Shown: in pieces, positions 25,109 through 38,210 of the stretch
Numbering within the stretch: position 1 is the stretch's first letter
Layout: each line of letters starts with the position of its first letter
Assembly (NCBI GenBank): GCA_965235115.1
Contig: OZ249436.1
Location: forward strand, 4,094,001-4,158,000
DNA from: Laetmonice hystrix
Lineage: Eukaryota
Reading direction: 5' to 3'
Length of the DNA: 64,000 nt
Translations under genes and position numbers: made by a program
Notes under the pieces: generated by a model
Database searches by the model: none
Told to the model about the DNA's origin: nothing
Seen by the model: the letters and a program-made list of their open reading frames with translations, nothing else

Positions 25109-28100
25109 TTAGTCCTCCATAGAAATGTGCTGGAAGAGATGCGACATAGACTCTTGGTTGTGGATCCTTCGCATGGCTTCCGATAACATAATGCTGATAT
25201 CAACCGTCTTAATCTTGTGGCACTGCATCTTCTGTATGTCGTGAGACACAGTGTTTGTGACGACCACCTGTAACACCAAACCACACAACACTACAGCTAC
25301 GGCAGGTTAACATATCCACATCAATCTGTATGTCGTGAGACACAGTGTTTGTGACGACCACCTGTAACACCAAACCACACAACACTACAGCTACGGCAGG
25401 TTTACATATCCACATCAATCTGTATGTCGTGAGACACAGTGTTTGTGACGACCACCTGTAACACCAAACCACACAACACTACAGCTACGGCAGGTTTACA
25501 TATCCACATCAATCTGTATGTCGTGAGACACAGTGTTTGTGACGACCACCTGTAACACCAAACCACACAACACTACAGCTACGGCAGGTTTACATATCCA
25601 CATCAATCTGTAGATCGTGAGACACAGTGTTTGTGACGACCACCTGTAACACCAAACCACACAACACTACAGCTACGGCAGGTTTACATATCCACATCAA
25701 TCTGTATGTTGTGAGACACAGTGTTTGTGACGACCACCTGTAACACCAAACCACACAACACTACAGCTACGTCAGGTTTACATATCCACATCAATCTGTA
25801 TGTCGTGAGACACAGTGTTTGTGACGACCACCTGTAACACCAAACCACACAACGTTACAGCTATGGCAGGTTTACATATCCACATCAATCTGTATGTCGT
25901 GAGACACAGTGTTTGTGACGACCACCTGTAACACCAAACCAAACAACACTACAGCTACGGCAGGTTTACATATCCACATCAATCTGTATGTCGTGAGACA
26001 CAGTGTTTGTGACGACCACCTGTAACACCAAACCAAACAACACTACAGCTACGGCAGGTTTACATATCCACATCAATCTGTATGTCGTGAGACACAGTGT
26101 TTGTGACGACCACCTGTAACACCAAACCACACAACACTACAGCTACGGCAGGTTTACATATCCACATCAATCTGTATGTCGTGAGACACAGTGTTTGTGA
26201 CGACCACCTGTAACACCAAACCACACAACGTTACAGCTACGGCAGGTTTACATATCCACATCAATCTGTATGTCGTGAGACACAGTGTTTGTGACGACCA
26301 CCTGTAACACCAAACCACACAACGCTACAGCTACGGCAGGTTTACATATCCACATCAATCTGTATGTCGTGAGACACAGTGTTTGTGACGACCACCTGTA
26401 ACACTAAACCACACAACGTTACAGCTACGGCAGGTTTACATATCCACATCAATCTGTATATCGTGAGACACAGTGTTTGTGACGACCACCTGTAACACCA
26501 AACCACACAACACTACAGCTACGGCAGGTTTACATATCCACATCAATCTGTATATCGTGAGACACAGTGTTTGTGACGACCACCTGTAACACCAAACCAC
26601 ACAACACTACAGCTACGGCAGGTTTACATATCCACATCAATCTGTATGTCGTGAGACACAGTGTTTGTGACGACCACCTGTAACACCAAACCACACAACA
26701 CTACAGCTACGGCAGGTTTACATATCCACATCAATCTGTATGTCGTGAGACACAGTGTTTGTGACGACCACCTGTAACACCAAACCACACAACACTACAG
26801 CTACGGCAGGTTTACATATCCACATCAATCTGTATGTCGTGAGACACAGTGTTTGTGACGACCACCTGTAACACCAAACCACACAACGTTACAGCTACGG
26901 CAGGTTTACATATCCACATCAATCTGTATGTCGTGAGACACAGTGTTTGTGACGACCACCTGTAACACCAAACCACACAACACTACAGCTACGGCAGGTT
27001 TACATATCCACATCAATCTGTATGTCGTGAGACACAGTGTTTGTGACGACCACCTGTAACACCAAACCACACAACGTTACAGCTACGGCAGGTTTACATA
27101 TCCACATCAATCTGTATGTCGTGAGACACAGTGTTTGTGACGACCACCTGTAACACCAAACCACACAACACTACAGCTACGGCAGGTTTACATATCCACA
27201 TCAATCTGTATGTCGTGAGACACAGTGTTTGTGACGACCACCTGTAACACCAAACCACACAACACTACAGCTACGGCAGGTTTACACAGCCATATATTTC
27301 CAATCCAAATGATCGTATACATTTTGAGACAGAAGTGTACTCACGTAGCAATCTGCTGTATGGCTAGAGGACACACAGTCTAGATTTAAAGTTACGTGTA
27401 TAACTATGTCTGTGGTGACTTACTTCATCAATAGGAGAATCATCAATTAGTCTGGGCGCATCTGCTGACAGAATACCATGGGTTGCCATCACGTAGATCT
27501 TGTAGGCCCCTCTCTCTTTTAAAATTTCTGCTGCACTGACGAATGATTCAACATCATCTACCATATCATCCTGGCAAAGAAATGATTAGGAAAAAAATAC
27601 ATTACGGAACTTTACCCTTTCCAATGAAACAATCACACAAAGATTGCTTTAAATCGTCCATAGTATTTTCACAGCTAGGTAAGATGACAAACCAAATGAC
27701 AAAGATTTGAAAACCCAATGATTGCTAAATAATATAATGCAGCAGTACAAAGTTATGTAATAATTAAATGAAGAAAACGGAAACTATAGATTTGAGGATG
27801 TTCCATGGTATACTTACAATGACAATTGCAATCCTCCCCCCGACATCTCCAACAACGTTAATCGGGGGCTTCTCTTTGGCCTGTTGCACTGTAAAAAAAT
27901 CCTCTCGTTAACATTCTGTCACCTTTTATACATAAGACATGTCAGATGAATCACACAACTGCCCAAGTTGGCCTGTTAAAAATCAGCTCAAAGCAGCAGA
28001 TAAACAAATAAGACATTGGGGCCATTGCACTAACAGTGACTGGCTGTCGACCTGTGGTTGCTGTGGTTGTCTGACTGACCATGTCACTCTCAGTCAGCCT

Positions 28101-31100
28101 CCGTCTTGTTTGCCAAAATGTCCACCAGGTGGCCATCATCATAGTTCCACAGTGTGCCACTAGAGGGCCCATCTTTACGGTTACTACCGAAAATTAAACG
28201 GCAAAGGTCCTCACTGTCTAGACTTCTTTCTAATTTTACGGCAGACAGCCCTGGTGTAAAAGATTAAGTAAAAATAGATTTTTGGGCATCAACTGACTTT
28301 TACCAAGGACCAAATTAATGTAAGCTGTTCAATAAAATTAACATACTTGGCATAAACTCAAGGCCAAGGCTGAAACTTTGCCTTGTTTCCACCTCAGGAG
28401 GTGGTGGCGAGTTGCGGCCATCATCAATTTCTGAATCTGCCGTTTTTTCTTCTCCATGAATAACAGCAATACCCAGTCGCAGGCGTTCTGCATATGATGT
28501 AGCCCGCTTCACGGCACCCGGATGGCGTGCTACAATGATTGCATTTCGGTAATCTGGGATCTGTAAAAAAAAAAAGATATTCATAATAAAATGTTTCTAG
28601 TGTAGTCAAAGTAATACAAGACCTATTCAGCTATTGTATGCGAGAATGCTATTTATTCAGCCCAAATTAAAGAATTCTGTCTTCAAGTGCAGCAGCCTTT
28701 ATATATTTTATGGTTTGCATTATACACTTACCGACTCTTTGATATACTGGATGAGAAACGGCGATGCACGTAGGTTGTCAACTGGGATGTCAAAGAAACC
28801 TTGAACTTCCTTCTGGTGAAGATCCATGGTGATAATATGGTTAAAACCTGTTCAGACCATGCATGAAGCACTATTTGTTAGTACGTATATTAGCAATCAA
28901 ATGGTGATTAATTTTAATATTGATGTGAATAATGTTTTCTGGGTCACCGGTATCATACACACGTAAAAACCACAATGCAGTCACTATCTTTACGATTCAG
29001 TTTGACCTTATCAATTAATTAATGTTCAAGGTCACATATGTGTGCCAAACGCTTTGACAAAATTATGTGAAAATACCTGACTTGCTGATCATCGTAGCCA
29101 GTAACTTTGAGACTATGGATCCCCGTTTACGCATCTTGCTTTGTTTTGAGTAAGGCATATACGGGATGACACCAACTATCTTCCGTGCTGATGCCGTTCT
29201 ACATGCATACGCCATGATAAGCATCTCCATGATGTCATTATTAACTTCTCTGAAATTAAATTTCTGATATAAGCCTCACCGTATTTGATTTATTTGATTA
29301 GGTGGGAGTACCATGGGACCCATTGGAACACAACTCAAGAGAGAAAAAAAAGTAAAATAAAATTCACAAACGGGTCACAAAATAAACTAAAATTATTCCA
29401 CTGCTGAACTTCTTAATTATTTAGGTAGATGTTCTTACAACCTACTTCTGAGGTTTTTTGCTCTTCCTAATATGGTGGAAATCATGAGCAATGTAAGTGA
29501 ATTGACATAATTTGTTATGAGCATACACAGTATGTGCTTCATTCTTTTCATTTACCACCTTGGGTTGACTTTACGACAAAGGCGCAGTCCTCAAGACACC
29601 TTTTGGAGGTCAAATATCTACCAACTCATGATGGTGAAACAGACAGTGAAACAGAATTAGTCTGGTAGTCAAATATTTACCAACCCATTACGGTGAAACA
29701 GACAGTGAAACAGAATTAGTCTGGTTCTTTTTCTTCATTTTTGTGCAACAATCTAAACGTCGTTACATCAATCGTCCATTCTCTTTATCTGTAAACCTGT
29801 ACAAATGTATATTGTCCAATCCGTACTTGATCCTGTCTGGATGATGTACACATCACGTCCACGAACAGACTCGCGACAATCTAAACCTTACATCAATCGT
29901 CGACTGTCTTTATCTGTAAAACTGTATTGTCAAATCCTTACTTTGATCCTGTCTGGATGATGTACACATCACGTCCACGAACAGACTCGCGACAATCGAA
30001 ACCTTAAATCAATCGTCGACTGTCTTTATTTGTAAAACTGTATTGTCAAATCCTTACTTTGATCCTGTCTGGATGATGTACACATCACATCCATGAACAG
30101 ACTCGCGACAATCTAAACCTTACATCAATCGTCCACTGTCTTTATCTGTAAAACTGTATTGTCAAAGACTTACTTTGATCCTGTCTGGATGATGTACACA
30201 TCACGTCCACGAACAGACTCGCGACAATCTAAACCTTACATCAATCGTCCACTGTCTTTATCTGACTGTATTGTCAAATCCTTACTTTGATCCTGTCTGG
30301 ATGATGTACACATCACGTCCACGAACAGACTCGCGACAATCTAAACCTTACATCAATCGTCCACTGTCTTTATCTGTAAAACTGTATTGTCCAATCCTTA
30401 CTTTGATCCTGTCTGGATGATGTACACATCACGTCCACGAACAGACTCGCGACAATCTAAACCTTAAAACAATCGTCCACTGTCTTTATCTGTAAAACTG
30501 TATTGTCCAATCCTTACTTTGATCCTGTCTAGATGATGTACACATCACGTCCACGAACAGACTCGCAACAATCGAAACCTTAAATCAATCGTCCACTGTC
30601 TTTATCTGTAAAACTGTATTGTCAAATCCTTACTTTGATCCTGTCTGGATGATGTACACATCACGTAGACGAACAGACTCGCGACAATCTAAACCTTACA
30701 TCAATCGTCCACTGTCTTTATCTGTAAAACTGTATTGTCAAATCGTTACTTTGATCCTGTCTGGATGATGTACACATCACGTCCAGGAACAGACTCGCGA
30801 CAATCTAAACCTTACATCAATCGTCCACTGTCTTTATCTGTAAAACGGTAATGTCAAATCCTTACTTTGATCCTGTCTGGATGATGTACACATCACGTCC
30901 ACGAACAGACTCGGCCACTTCAACCATGGTTTCTGAAAACACAAAACATACACTCATTCACTATTTACTTGCACAGTTTTATATGGTCCATAGAATAATT
31001 TAAATATACTTATAGTTAGTATACATGTCAAAGTATGCCTATGAAGATAAAACACAGATCTGGCCTAAAATAATTAGATATGAATCAAGAAGGTAGATTA

Positions 31101-32992
31101 ATTAATTCAGACAATACTCACCTCTATTAGATTTGTGGTAGACATTAGCTCTTCCCAACACGATTCCAAGTTTGCTATGAAATGACCGAGAAACAGTTGA
31201 TTTCACATTATCAACACTTTTAACAAGATTTGTTCCTGATCTCAATAGTTCTAAATTAAAATTTGCCATATGCAGCAAGCCCTAGTTTTAGTGATACTAA
31301 TGAATCAGAGGCTATATATGGCCCTGACTCTAGATTCCTTGACTATCTCTCCCCATTCCGTGGCACTGACTCACATTTTTACATTCCCAACAACAAGCTG
31401 CAAGTTTTCTAGGGTAAGACCCCTACAGCTTACAAGTCAAATATCATCAGCCTCGTCTCGCTGGAAGGGTGTGATAGATGAATATTTTGTCTAGTCATAA
31501 TCATGTTTGCAACGGCACACATGACAAAAAGTGAGGAGGGGGGGGGGCACATCAGGCACAGATCGGGGGTGAGGAGGGTCCAGACCCCTCCTACTCAGGA
31601 CCACCTTAGGTTTTTGCAATTTTCCTGGGGAAGGTTGCCCGTGTTCCCCCACCCCTGCCACTGCAAAAAGTCCTGATCTGTGCCTTTACATCTAAGCAGG
31701 CTATAATATGTTCACGTGGGTTGGGCCTGGATCCGTGCCTTCACTTTTGAACAGGCTATATGATCGGATAGGTTGGGCATGCATTTTTAGGCTTGATCAT
31801 GCATGAAGATGAAATCTGTAGCAGAATTTATAAGTGGATATTCAAGTGAGCATCCAGCACTGCGGGGGAGGGGGGTGGTTCTGGGGGTCCTACCCCCAGA
31901 GAAGGCCAAAAAACGCTATTTCCCGGCATCTGGAGTATGGACTGGGCCCCGTCTTACTAAGAATATTCCTCGCCGAACGGCGACATCGCCAAACGGCGAT
32001 GTCCCGGCGACATCCCCCGATGACTGTCTTACTAACAGGTCGCCGATTGTCGCTTATGCTGATGATAATTCGCCCAGCAGAGAAACTTAAAACACGATGT
32101 TTAACATCCTTTAAAGTCCATTTTACATTATTACCTTTTATTAAATATATATCTAAAATCCTGAGCTCAACTTATGCTGTATGATTATGATAAACTAACA
32201 TTCTAAAACACGCTATTTTAGACGTCCGCCATGCCCGTCCACTGTGTCGGCTAGAATCACTGTCTATTTTGACGTCAGACAATGGTTTGTTTGGACGTCA
32301 CGTAGCGCTCTCTGCAAACACAAACGTTGTGTTCGTGGCACTGGGGAGAGACAGCAAGATCTCTACTTTACGGTTAGACATATTTTAGCTTTTATTTACG
32401 TAAAGATGTACCTCTAATTAACAGTTTTTTATTGGCGATTTTGCGGCGACTGCTCAGTAGCACTCCCCGCCAAAGTCGCCAAAATGGCGAAATCGCCAGA
32501 GAGGGATTTTTCAGTAAGACACCTAGAGCTGGCGATATCGCCGATTTGGGGATTTGGCGGCGATATTGGCGGCGATCTGCGTTAGTAAGTCGGGCCCCAG
32601 GAGATATAGAAATTGTGAAGATTTAGATTTAGCCATGCCTAGCCTACAAATAATTTTTGTCACTTCTTCACACACACAAAAAAGCCCCCCCCCCCCCCCG
32701 ATCCACGGCACTGGCAGTCAGTGACACTGACAGGGTGTGTGTGACTGTGACTGATCGAGTCAGTGGGTGTGACACTGACACTTAGTGACAGACACTGTCA
32801 GTGTCACTGTGTACTGACACTGTCACTTGAGTCTAGTTTGGGTGTGTTACGGTTACTGTTACTGTTACTACTACTAGTTAGTCAGTGTGTAGACAGTCAC
32901 ACTTACTCTGCTATCAGTTGTGACAGTTCAGGGTGAGAATTTCCAGCAAATACCGTCATAGGGCCCCGGGCCCCTGTCGTGTACATCTCCAT
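25109..32992 (-). CDS. PRPSAP2: Phosphoribosyl pyrophosphate synthase-associated protein (PRPSAP1/2-like), 9 coding exons, 361 aa
   Basis: Exons (-): 32907-32992, 31122-31174, 30866-30932, 29077-29249, 28732-28847, 28347-28560, 27818-27888, 27424-27570, 25109-25267. All GT-AG, phases join, total 1086 nt. Peptides include [138 protein letters not shown]. The HGE..DGR.SPP insert and DDMVDD (not DDMADTCGT) identify the non-catalytic PRPSAP rather than PRPS1. Paralogue number is nominal. Confidence 0.95.
25231..27286. repeat. 94-bp tandem array, 22 copies, containing the PRPSAP intron 8 acceptor and the first 37 nt of exon 9
   Basis: Unit starts at 25231, 25325, 25419 ... 27205. On the minus strand each unit has GGTGTTACAG|GTGGTCGTCACAAACACTGTGTCTCACGACATACAGA. 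Confidence 0.97.
29760..30912. repeat. 116-bp tandem array, about 10 copies, containing the last 47 nt of PRPSAP exon 3 and its donor
   Basis: ctttgatcc recurs at 29941, 30057, 30173, 30285, 30401, 30517, 30633, 30749, 30865. Minus strand reads GAGTCTGTTCGTGGACGT..GGATCAAA|GTAAGG. Confidence 0.97.
31945..32597. mobile_element. PIF/Harbinger-like MITE in PRPSAP intron 1
   Basis: ctg|ggccccgtcttactaa ... ttagtaagtcgggccc|cag (TIR 14/16 match), with subterminal tcgcc/ggcga repeats at both ends. Confidence 0.7.
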
Positions 32993-33700
32993 ATTGCAGC
33001 GTTGTGGGCGTCTACCGTGCTCACGACACTGGAGGGGGTAAAACGGATATTTCAACTCCAGAGTGCAGCTCTAGGACGAGGAGAGCACGCGAGCCCTCAT
33101 CAAAACACCTTGGACAATAATGACCTTCACCTTGGCTTCAGACTGCCGAGCCGACATGCAAAATATCTTCGGACTGTGCTGAGTGTCCACAGCTTTAAAC
33201 AGTATGTGGAAAGTCGGGTGCTTAGTCACAGGCCACTACCAGAAAAGGTTTTAACATAAATATAGGATCGCTAAAGGCTAAAAGCGGCAAAGCCGGGGGG
33301 GGGGGGGTGGCACTTCGGGCTATTTTTGCGGGATTGCCGTCGGAATGGTGACGTCATTAGAGATAAATAGGTCAGGCCGAATTCTGGGTGAGAGCACGGA
33401 ACGGCACCATGCGGATTCCACTTCTCGGAACCAAATAAAATGACCCCATTTTACTGTAATTACAGTCGCTCTCATCATTGCCATTGTATTAATTGGTACT
33501 TTTCTTTAAGTTATAGGTCGATACTTCTTTAAAAATAAATTTGCTCACATGAAATACGGAACGAAACTTGACCTCATTACAATTTGGCTTTTGACACAAC
33601 CCTGGAGAAAATCCCTGACCTGATTCTGCGACCGCCTTTTCCGCGCTGGCTGTGGCGTGTGATTGTTTACGACTTTATGACAGGCCGTTGTATTCCTATA
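32993..33700. promoter_or_regulatory. Putative bidirectional promoter and 5'UTRs shared by PRPSAP and NTHL1
   Basis: Divergent start codons are about 0.7 kb apart. The interval is CpG-containing and has a palindromic CRE/ATF site TGACGTCA at 33349-33356. Confidence 0.6.
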
Positions 33701-36700
33701 ATGACGTCCCCTTACTTCACTCCTGCGTTGCGAATGACAAGACTGACAGCGAGAAAGTTGGCCAGTTCCAGCGATAGCAACATCAAGCCTAAGCTGACCA
33801 AACTTTCCAAACGAATCAAATCTAAGAAGGTGGTAAGCAAAGACGGGTTCCCGGCCGGCACTCCAGCCGGCAGTACGTCATGCACCACACGTGGTGCCCA
33901 GCACCCTCGCCCGGAGCCGGCGGAGGGACTGAGTACAGCTGCTACTGCCGCCGTCAAAATCAAGGAAAGTCAGTGTCGACCAGGGACCAACTATCCATCG
34001 CGTACTGCATACAAACGAACATCAGTTAAAGTAGAATACGATGAACGGGGTGGTACAGAGACTAGTGACGGCAGTGATGGACAACCCGTCACTGCCGTCA
34101 AGGCCAAGGCGTTGAAGCTAGGCTGGGAACCCAAGGACTGGAGGCAACAACTTGAAAATATTTATGAGATGCGGAAACACAGAGATGCACCAGTGGATAG
34201 CATGGGGTGTGATCGAATCAGTGATACCCAAGCAGAACCCAAGGTGGTTATTAGAATTGGATAATTGGAAGAGACTAGTACTTCTAGATCTACTAATATT
34301 TGCCATTTCCATTTGGTACTAGTAATAGTAATTTAAATTTCTGCGAATTAAGTTTACTCCATCATCCATGTTCCAAAGACAAAGTACATGATGTATGTAT
34401 GAATGCTTGTAATCCGTATGTATAATGATCTACTACAAACTGAAAATCAGGATAATAGTTTGACCAGAGATCCTGACATGGTTTGATAGTAGATCTAGGG
34501 CTGATGGGTGATATGGGGGGGGGGGGGGGGGGGGGGGGGTTATGGGAAGAATTTGCTAAGTGGGTTCAGCTTCGTCAATTCAGAAAGTTCTTTGGGGAAA
34601 AAAGAAAAATTGGTTGCCAAGGGAGGGGGGAGGGGTGGTTAAACGCTCTAAACACAACAGGTAGAAGCAATTAATCCAGCTGTATAGCCAAGTTATGGGG
34701 AGGGGGGGGGGGGGAGTCGAAGCCCTTCTTGATCTGCATCTGCCTCAGTACCTCTGCAATTGTAACTCCAGAAAATATTCATTATTCTTCATCATCATAC
34801 CTTTTCTCCACAGACAAACAAGCAGAGTAAAAGAAATATTATATATTTCCCTAGGTATACAGGTACCAGTGCCTGCTCAGTTTGATGTTGTCAAGTCAGA
34901 CCAAAGACCAGGTGACAAGTGCAGCAATGATGAAGTTACGAGCTCATGGCTGCTCACCTGACAACATTCTCAATACTTCAGATGAGAAGCTAGGGGAACT
35001 GATATATCCTGTCGGTTTTTGGAAAGTAAGTGTCCTTACAGTCTTCTTGGAAATAGCATAAAAATATATCCGTCCCTGCCCCCCAAAAAAGTTGCCGGGT
35101 CCTGGTATGAAGAACATTTCAAAGGTGATGTGGTTTTTGTTTTTTTTAAATAATTTTTTTTTGGGTTACAGCTGGCTAAATGCTGGTAAGCCTCATAAGA
35201 ATTATCATGTAAAATGAACCCATAAACAAGGGCCATACCTTGGCTGTCATCGCTTTGAATACAACACACTCCTGTTGCAGTGTTGTTAATCAAAAATATC
35301 CATTACAACAATCGTTAGTTTCAAGCCTTACCACTAGGTGGCAGCACAATTCACACAGTCATGCAAGGGAAATAAACACTGATGCACTCCTTCTGAAGTG
35401 ATGTGCACATACCAGAAACCAGGGATTTTCTTTTTTTGGCCTAAGTTAGATCCAAATACCATTGAACATTTTTCCATGATTAATAACCCCAAAAAAGGAA
35501 ACAAAGTGGGTAAAAAATATATTTTCCAATTCAATGGGAAATATCTTATTTTTCGCAAGGACATACCAGGGTATATAAGTAATTGGTGTAGGCCTATCTA
35601 TACAAATGTGTTTTAGAAATACTGATTATAGACTTTTTTGCCAGTTTATCTTTAATTTAACTCCTATTGATCAGGTTAATATAATCGCATCAATAATGTC
35701 CCATGATCTTTGAGAGCATCAATAATGTCCCATGATCTTTGAGAGTGGTGTCTGTAAATTTGGATTGACCTTGTATCCAGACAAAAGTGCAGTATATCAA
35801 GAAAACGACACGTATCCTGAAAGAACAATATGATGGTGACATCCCTGACACCATTGAGGGCCTCTGCAAACTCCCAGGTACTGTAGGCCTACTTTAGCTC
35901 ATGCAGAGCTACTCAGTTACAAAAATCTAAATTTCTTATGTTAAAAAAAATTAGTGAATTGCTGTCCACCTTTTAGGGGGGGGGGATTGTTTTTTTGTTA
36001 CACATGACGACAAATTGTCAATAAGGGCTACAAACTTGCGATAGTCATGAGTAATAACATGTATCATACCCAATGGTCTGCGGCAAATTGTCTGGTCTAA
36101 AGAAACTTGTAGTTTAACCTGAAGTTCAAGCCATGTCGAGCCTTCTTGAATTATTTAATCTGCTGACAGTAAAGTATCCGTTGCAGGTGTCGGACCAAAA
36201 ATGGCCCATATCACAATGAAATCTGCGTGGAATGTGATCACTGGTATAGGAGTGGATACACATGTCCATCGTATAGCGAACCGTCTTGGGTGGGTCCGTA
36301 AAGCCACAAAACAGCCGGAGGATACACGCAAAGCTCTAGAAGATTGGCTTCCTAGGTTAGTCAACTGCTAGCTCCTTCTTCTAAATTCTATTCAGTTTGT
36401 CAGAACCGTTAAAGCCACGAGGTTGTAGAATCTTGGGACGAGCCAGCAAAATACAGTTTATTGCAATAACTTAGTCTACCATGAATTCTTCATCAAGTTT
36501 TTATTCAACATTATTCTATAGTTACTTAAGTTGATACTTGATATTTCTTTTTCAGAGAATGCTGGGAAGAAGTCAATATATTGTTTGTGGGCTTCGGCCA
36601 ACAGACATGTCTGCCGGTTGGCCCGAAGTGTGTCACGTGTCTCAATAGACGGCTGTGTCCCACTGGTCGGAGTAACACACGTGGTATGAAGGTTGAGACA

Positions 36701-36784
36701 GACTTAAAGGTTGAACCAAAACTCGAGACAACCACCTTACCAGCAGAGACGTTCAGCATTAAAGTTGAGGTTAAGAAAGAGTAA
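33701..36784 (+). CDS. NTHL1: Endonuclease III-like DNA glycosylase/AP lyase, 5 coding exons, about 402 aa
   Basis: Exons (+): 33701-34243, 34855-35025, 35781-35877, 36187-36355, 36556-36784. GT-AG, phases join, total 1209 nt. Motifs: [39 protein letters not shown], Hh[30 protein letters not shown], 4Fe-4S C-x6-C-x2-C-x5-C ([17 protein letters not shown]). Start taken at MTSPYF (33701); an in-frame ATG at 33677 is an alternative. Confidence 0.95.
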
Positions 36785-37296
36785 AGATAACTAACAAAAC
36801 AAAAAAAATGTTGGGGATGTTATCTTGGGGAAAGTGATCGGATGTCCCAGGCATATTGCCTTACAATTTTGTTGTACGTCACACAAGAAATCCATGTTTA
36901 TTATACATTTGTCTAATTATGTATAATAAAGTTTTTTCACATGTTCCTGTCGCTATGCTTCAATCGTCATTATATTTTCAGTCAAAAACAAGTCAGAGTA
37001 ATAAAGTATGCTTGAATAGAATTACAAGAATAGATCCATCAAAAGCAGCGACAAAAAAACAAATTTCTAATTGGATGATTGCTAAAAAACCTTGAAATAG
37101 TCTGTTGAGGATTGGTGCAGTTTGCAGAGGTGGTGGTGAATTTAGGCCGTCTCAAGTTAGACTGTCATTTTAGGGAATGTTTGGAAAATGTACTGCTTTA
37201 TTCGCTGGAATCTTTATACTATTACCCAGGAAAAAGAAATGATTGAATATCACTGAATATAAGTAGTTTGCAGGGTCGTGCATGCTGGGCTTAAGA

Positions 37297-38210
37297 TATA
37301 CAGATATACGATATACCCATACAGATATACGATATACCCATACAGATATACGATATACCCATACAGATATACGATATACCCATACAGATACATGTATCCG
37401 ATATACCCATATTCGATATACCCAATCAGATATACGATATACAGATATACGATATACCCATACAGATATATGTACATACGATATACCCATACAGATATAC
37501 CATATACCCATACAGATATACGATATACCCATACAGATATACGATATACCCATACAGATATACGATATACCCATACAGATACATGTATCCGATATACCCA
37601 TATTCGATATACCCAATCAGATATACGATATACAGATATACGATATACCCATACAGATATATGTACATACGATATACCCATACAGATATACCATATACCC
37701 ATACAGATATACCATATACCCATACAGATATACCATATACCCATACAGATACCATATACCCATACAGATATACCATATACCCATACAGATATACCATATA
37801 CCCATACAGATATACCATATACCCATACAGATATACGATATACCCATACAGATATACCATATACCCATACAGATATACGATATACCCATACAGATATACC
37901 ATATACCCATACAGATATACCATATACCCATACAGATATACCATATACCCATACAGATATACCATATACCCATACAGATATACCATATACCCATACAGAT
38001 ATACCATACACCCATACAGATATACCATATACCCATACAGATATACCATATACCCATACAGATATACCATATACCCATACAGATATACGATATACCCATA
38101 TGATACAGATATACCATACACCCATACAGATATACCATATACCCATACAGATATACCATATACCCATACAGATACATGTATACGATATACCCATACAGAT
38201 ACCATATATA
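37297..38210. repeat. Minisatellite, 21-bp unit, with a higher-order duplication, between the convergent NTHL1 and RING 3' ends
   Basis: Unit cagatatacSatatacccata. Nearly stop-free in all frames, giving 7-aa periodic ORFs. Confidence 0.95.

Noticed and set aside
25109..32992. Calling the gene catalytic PRPS1
   Set aside because: It has the PRPSAP-specific insertion and lacks the KRR loop and DTCGT PRPP-binding signature.
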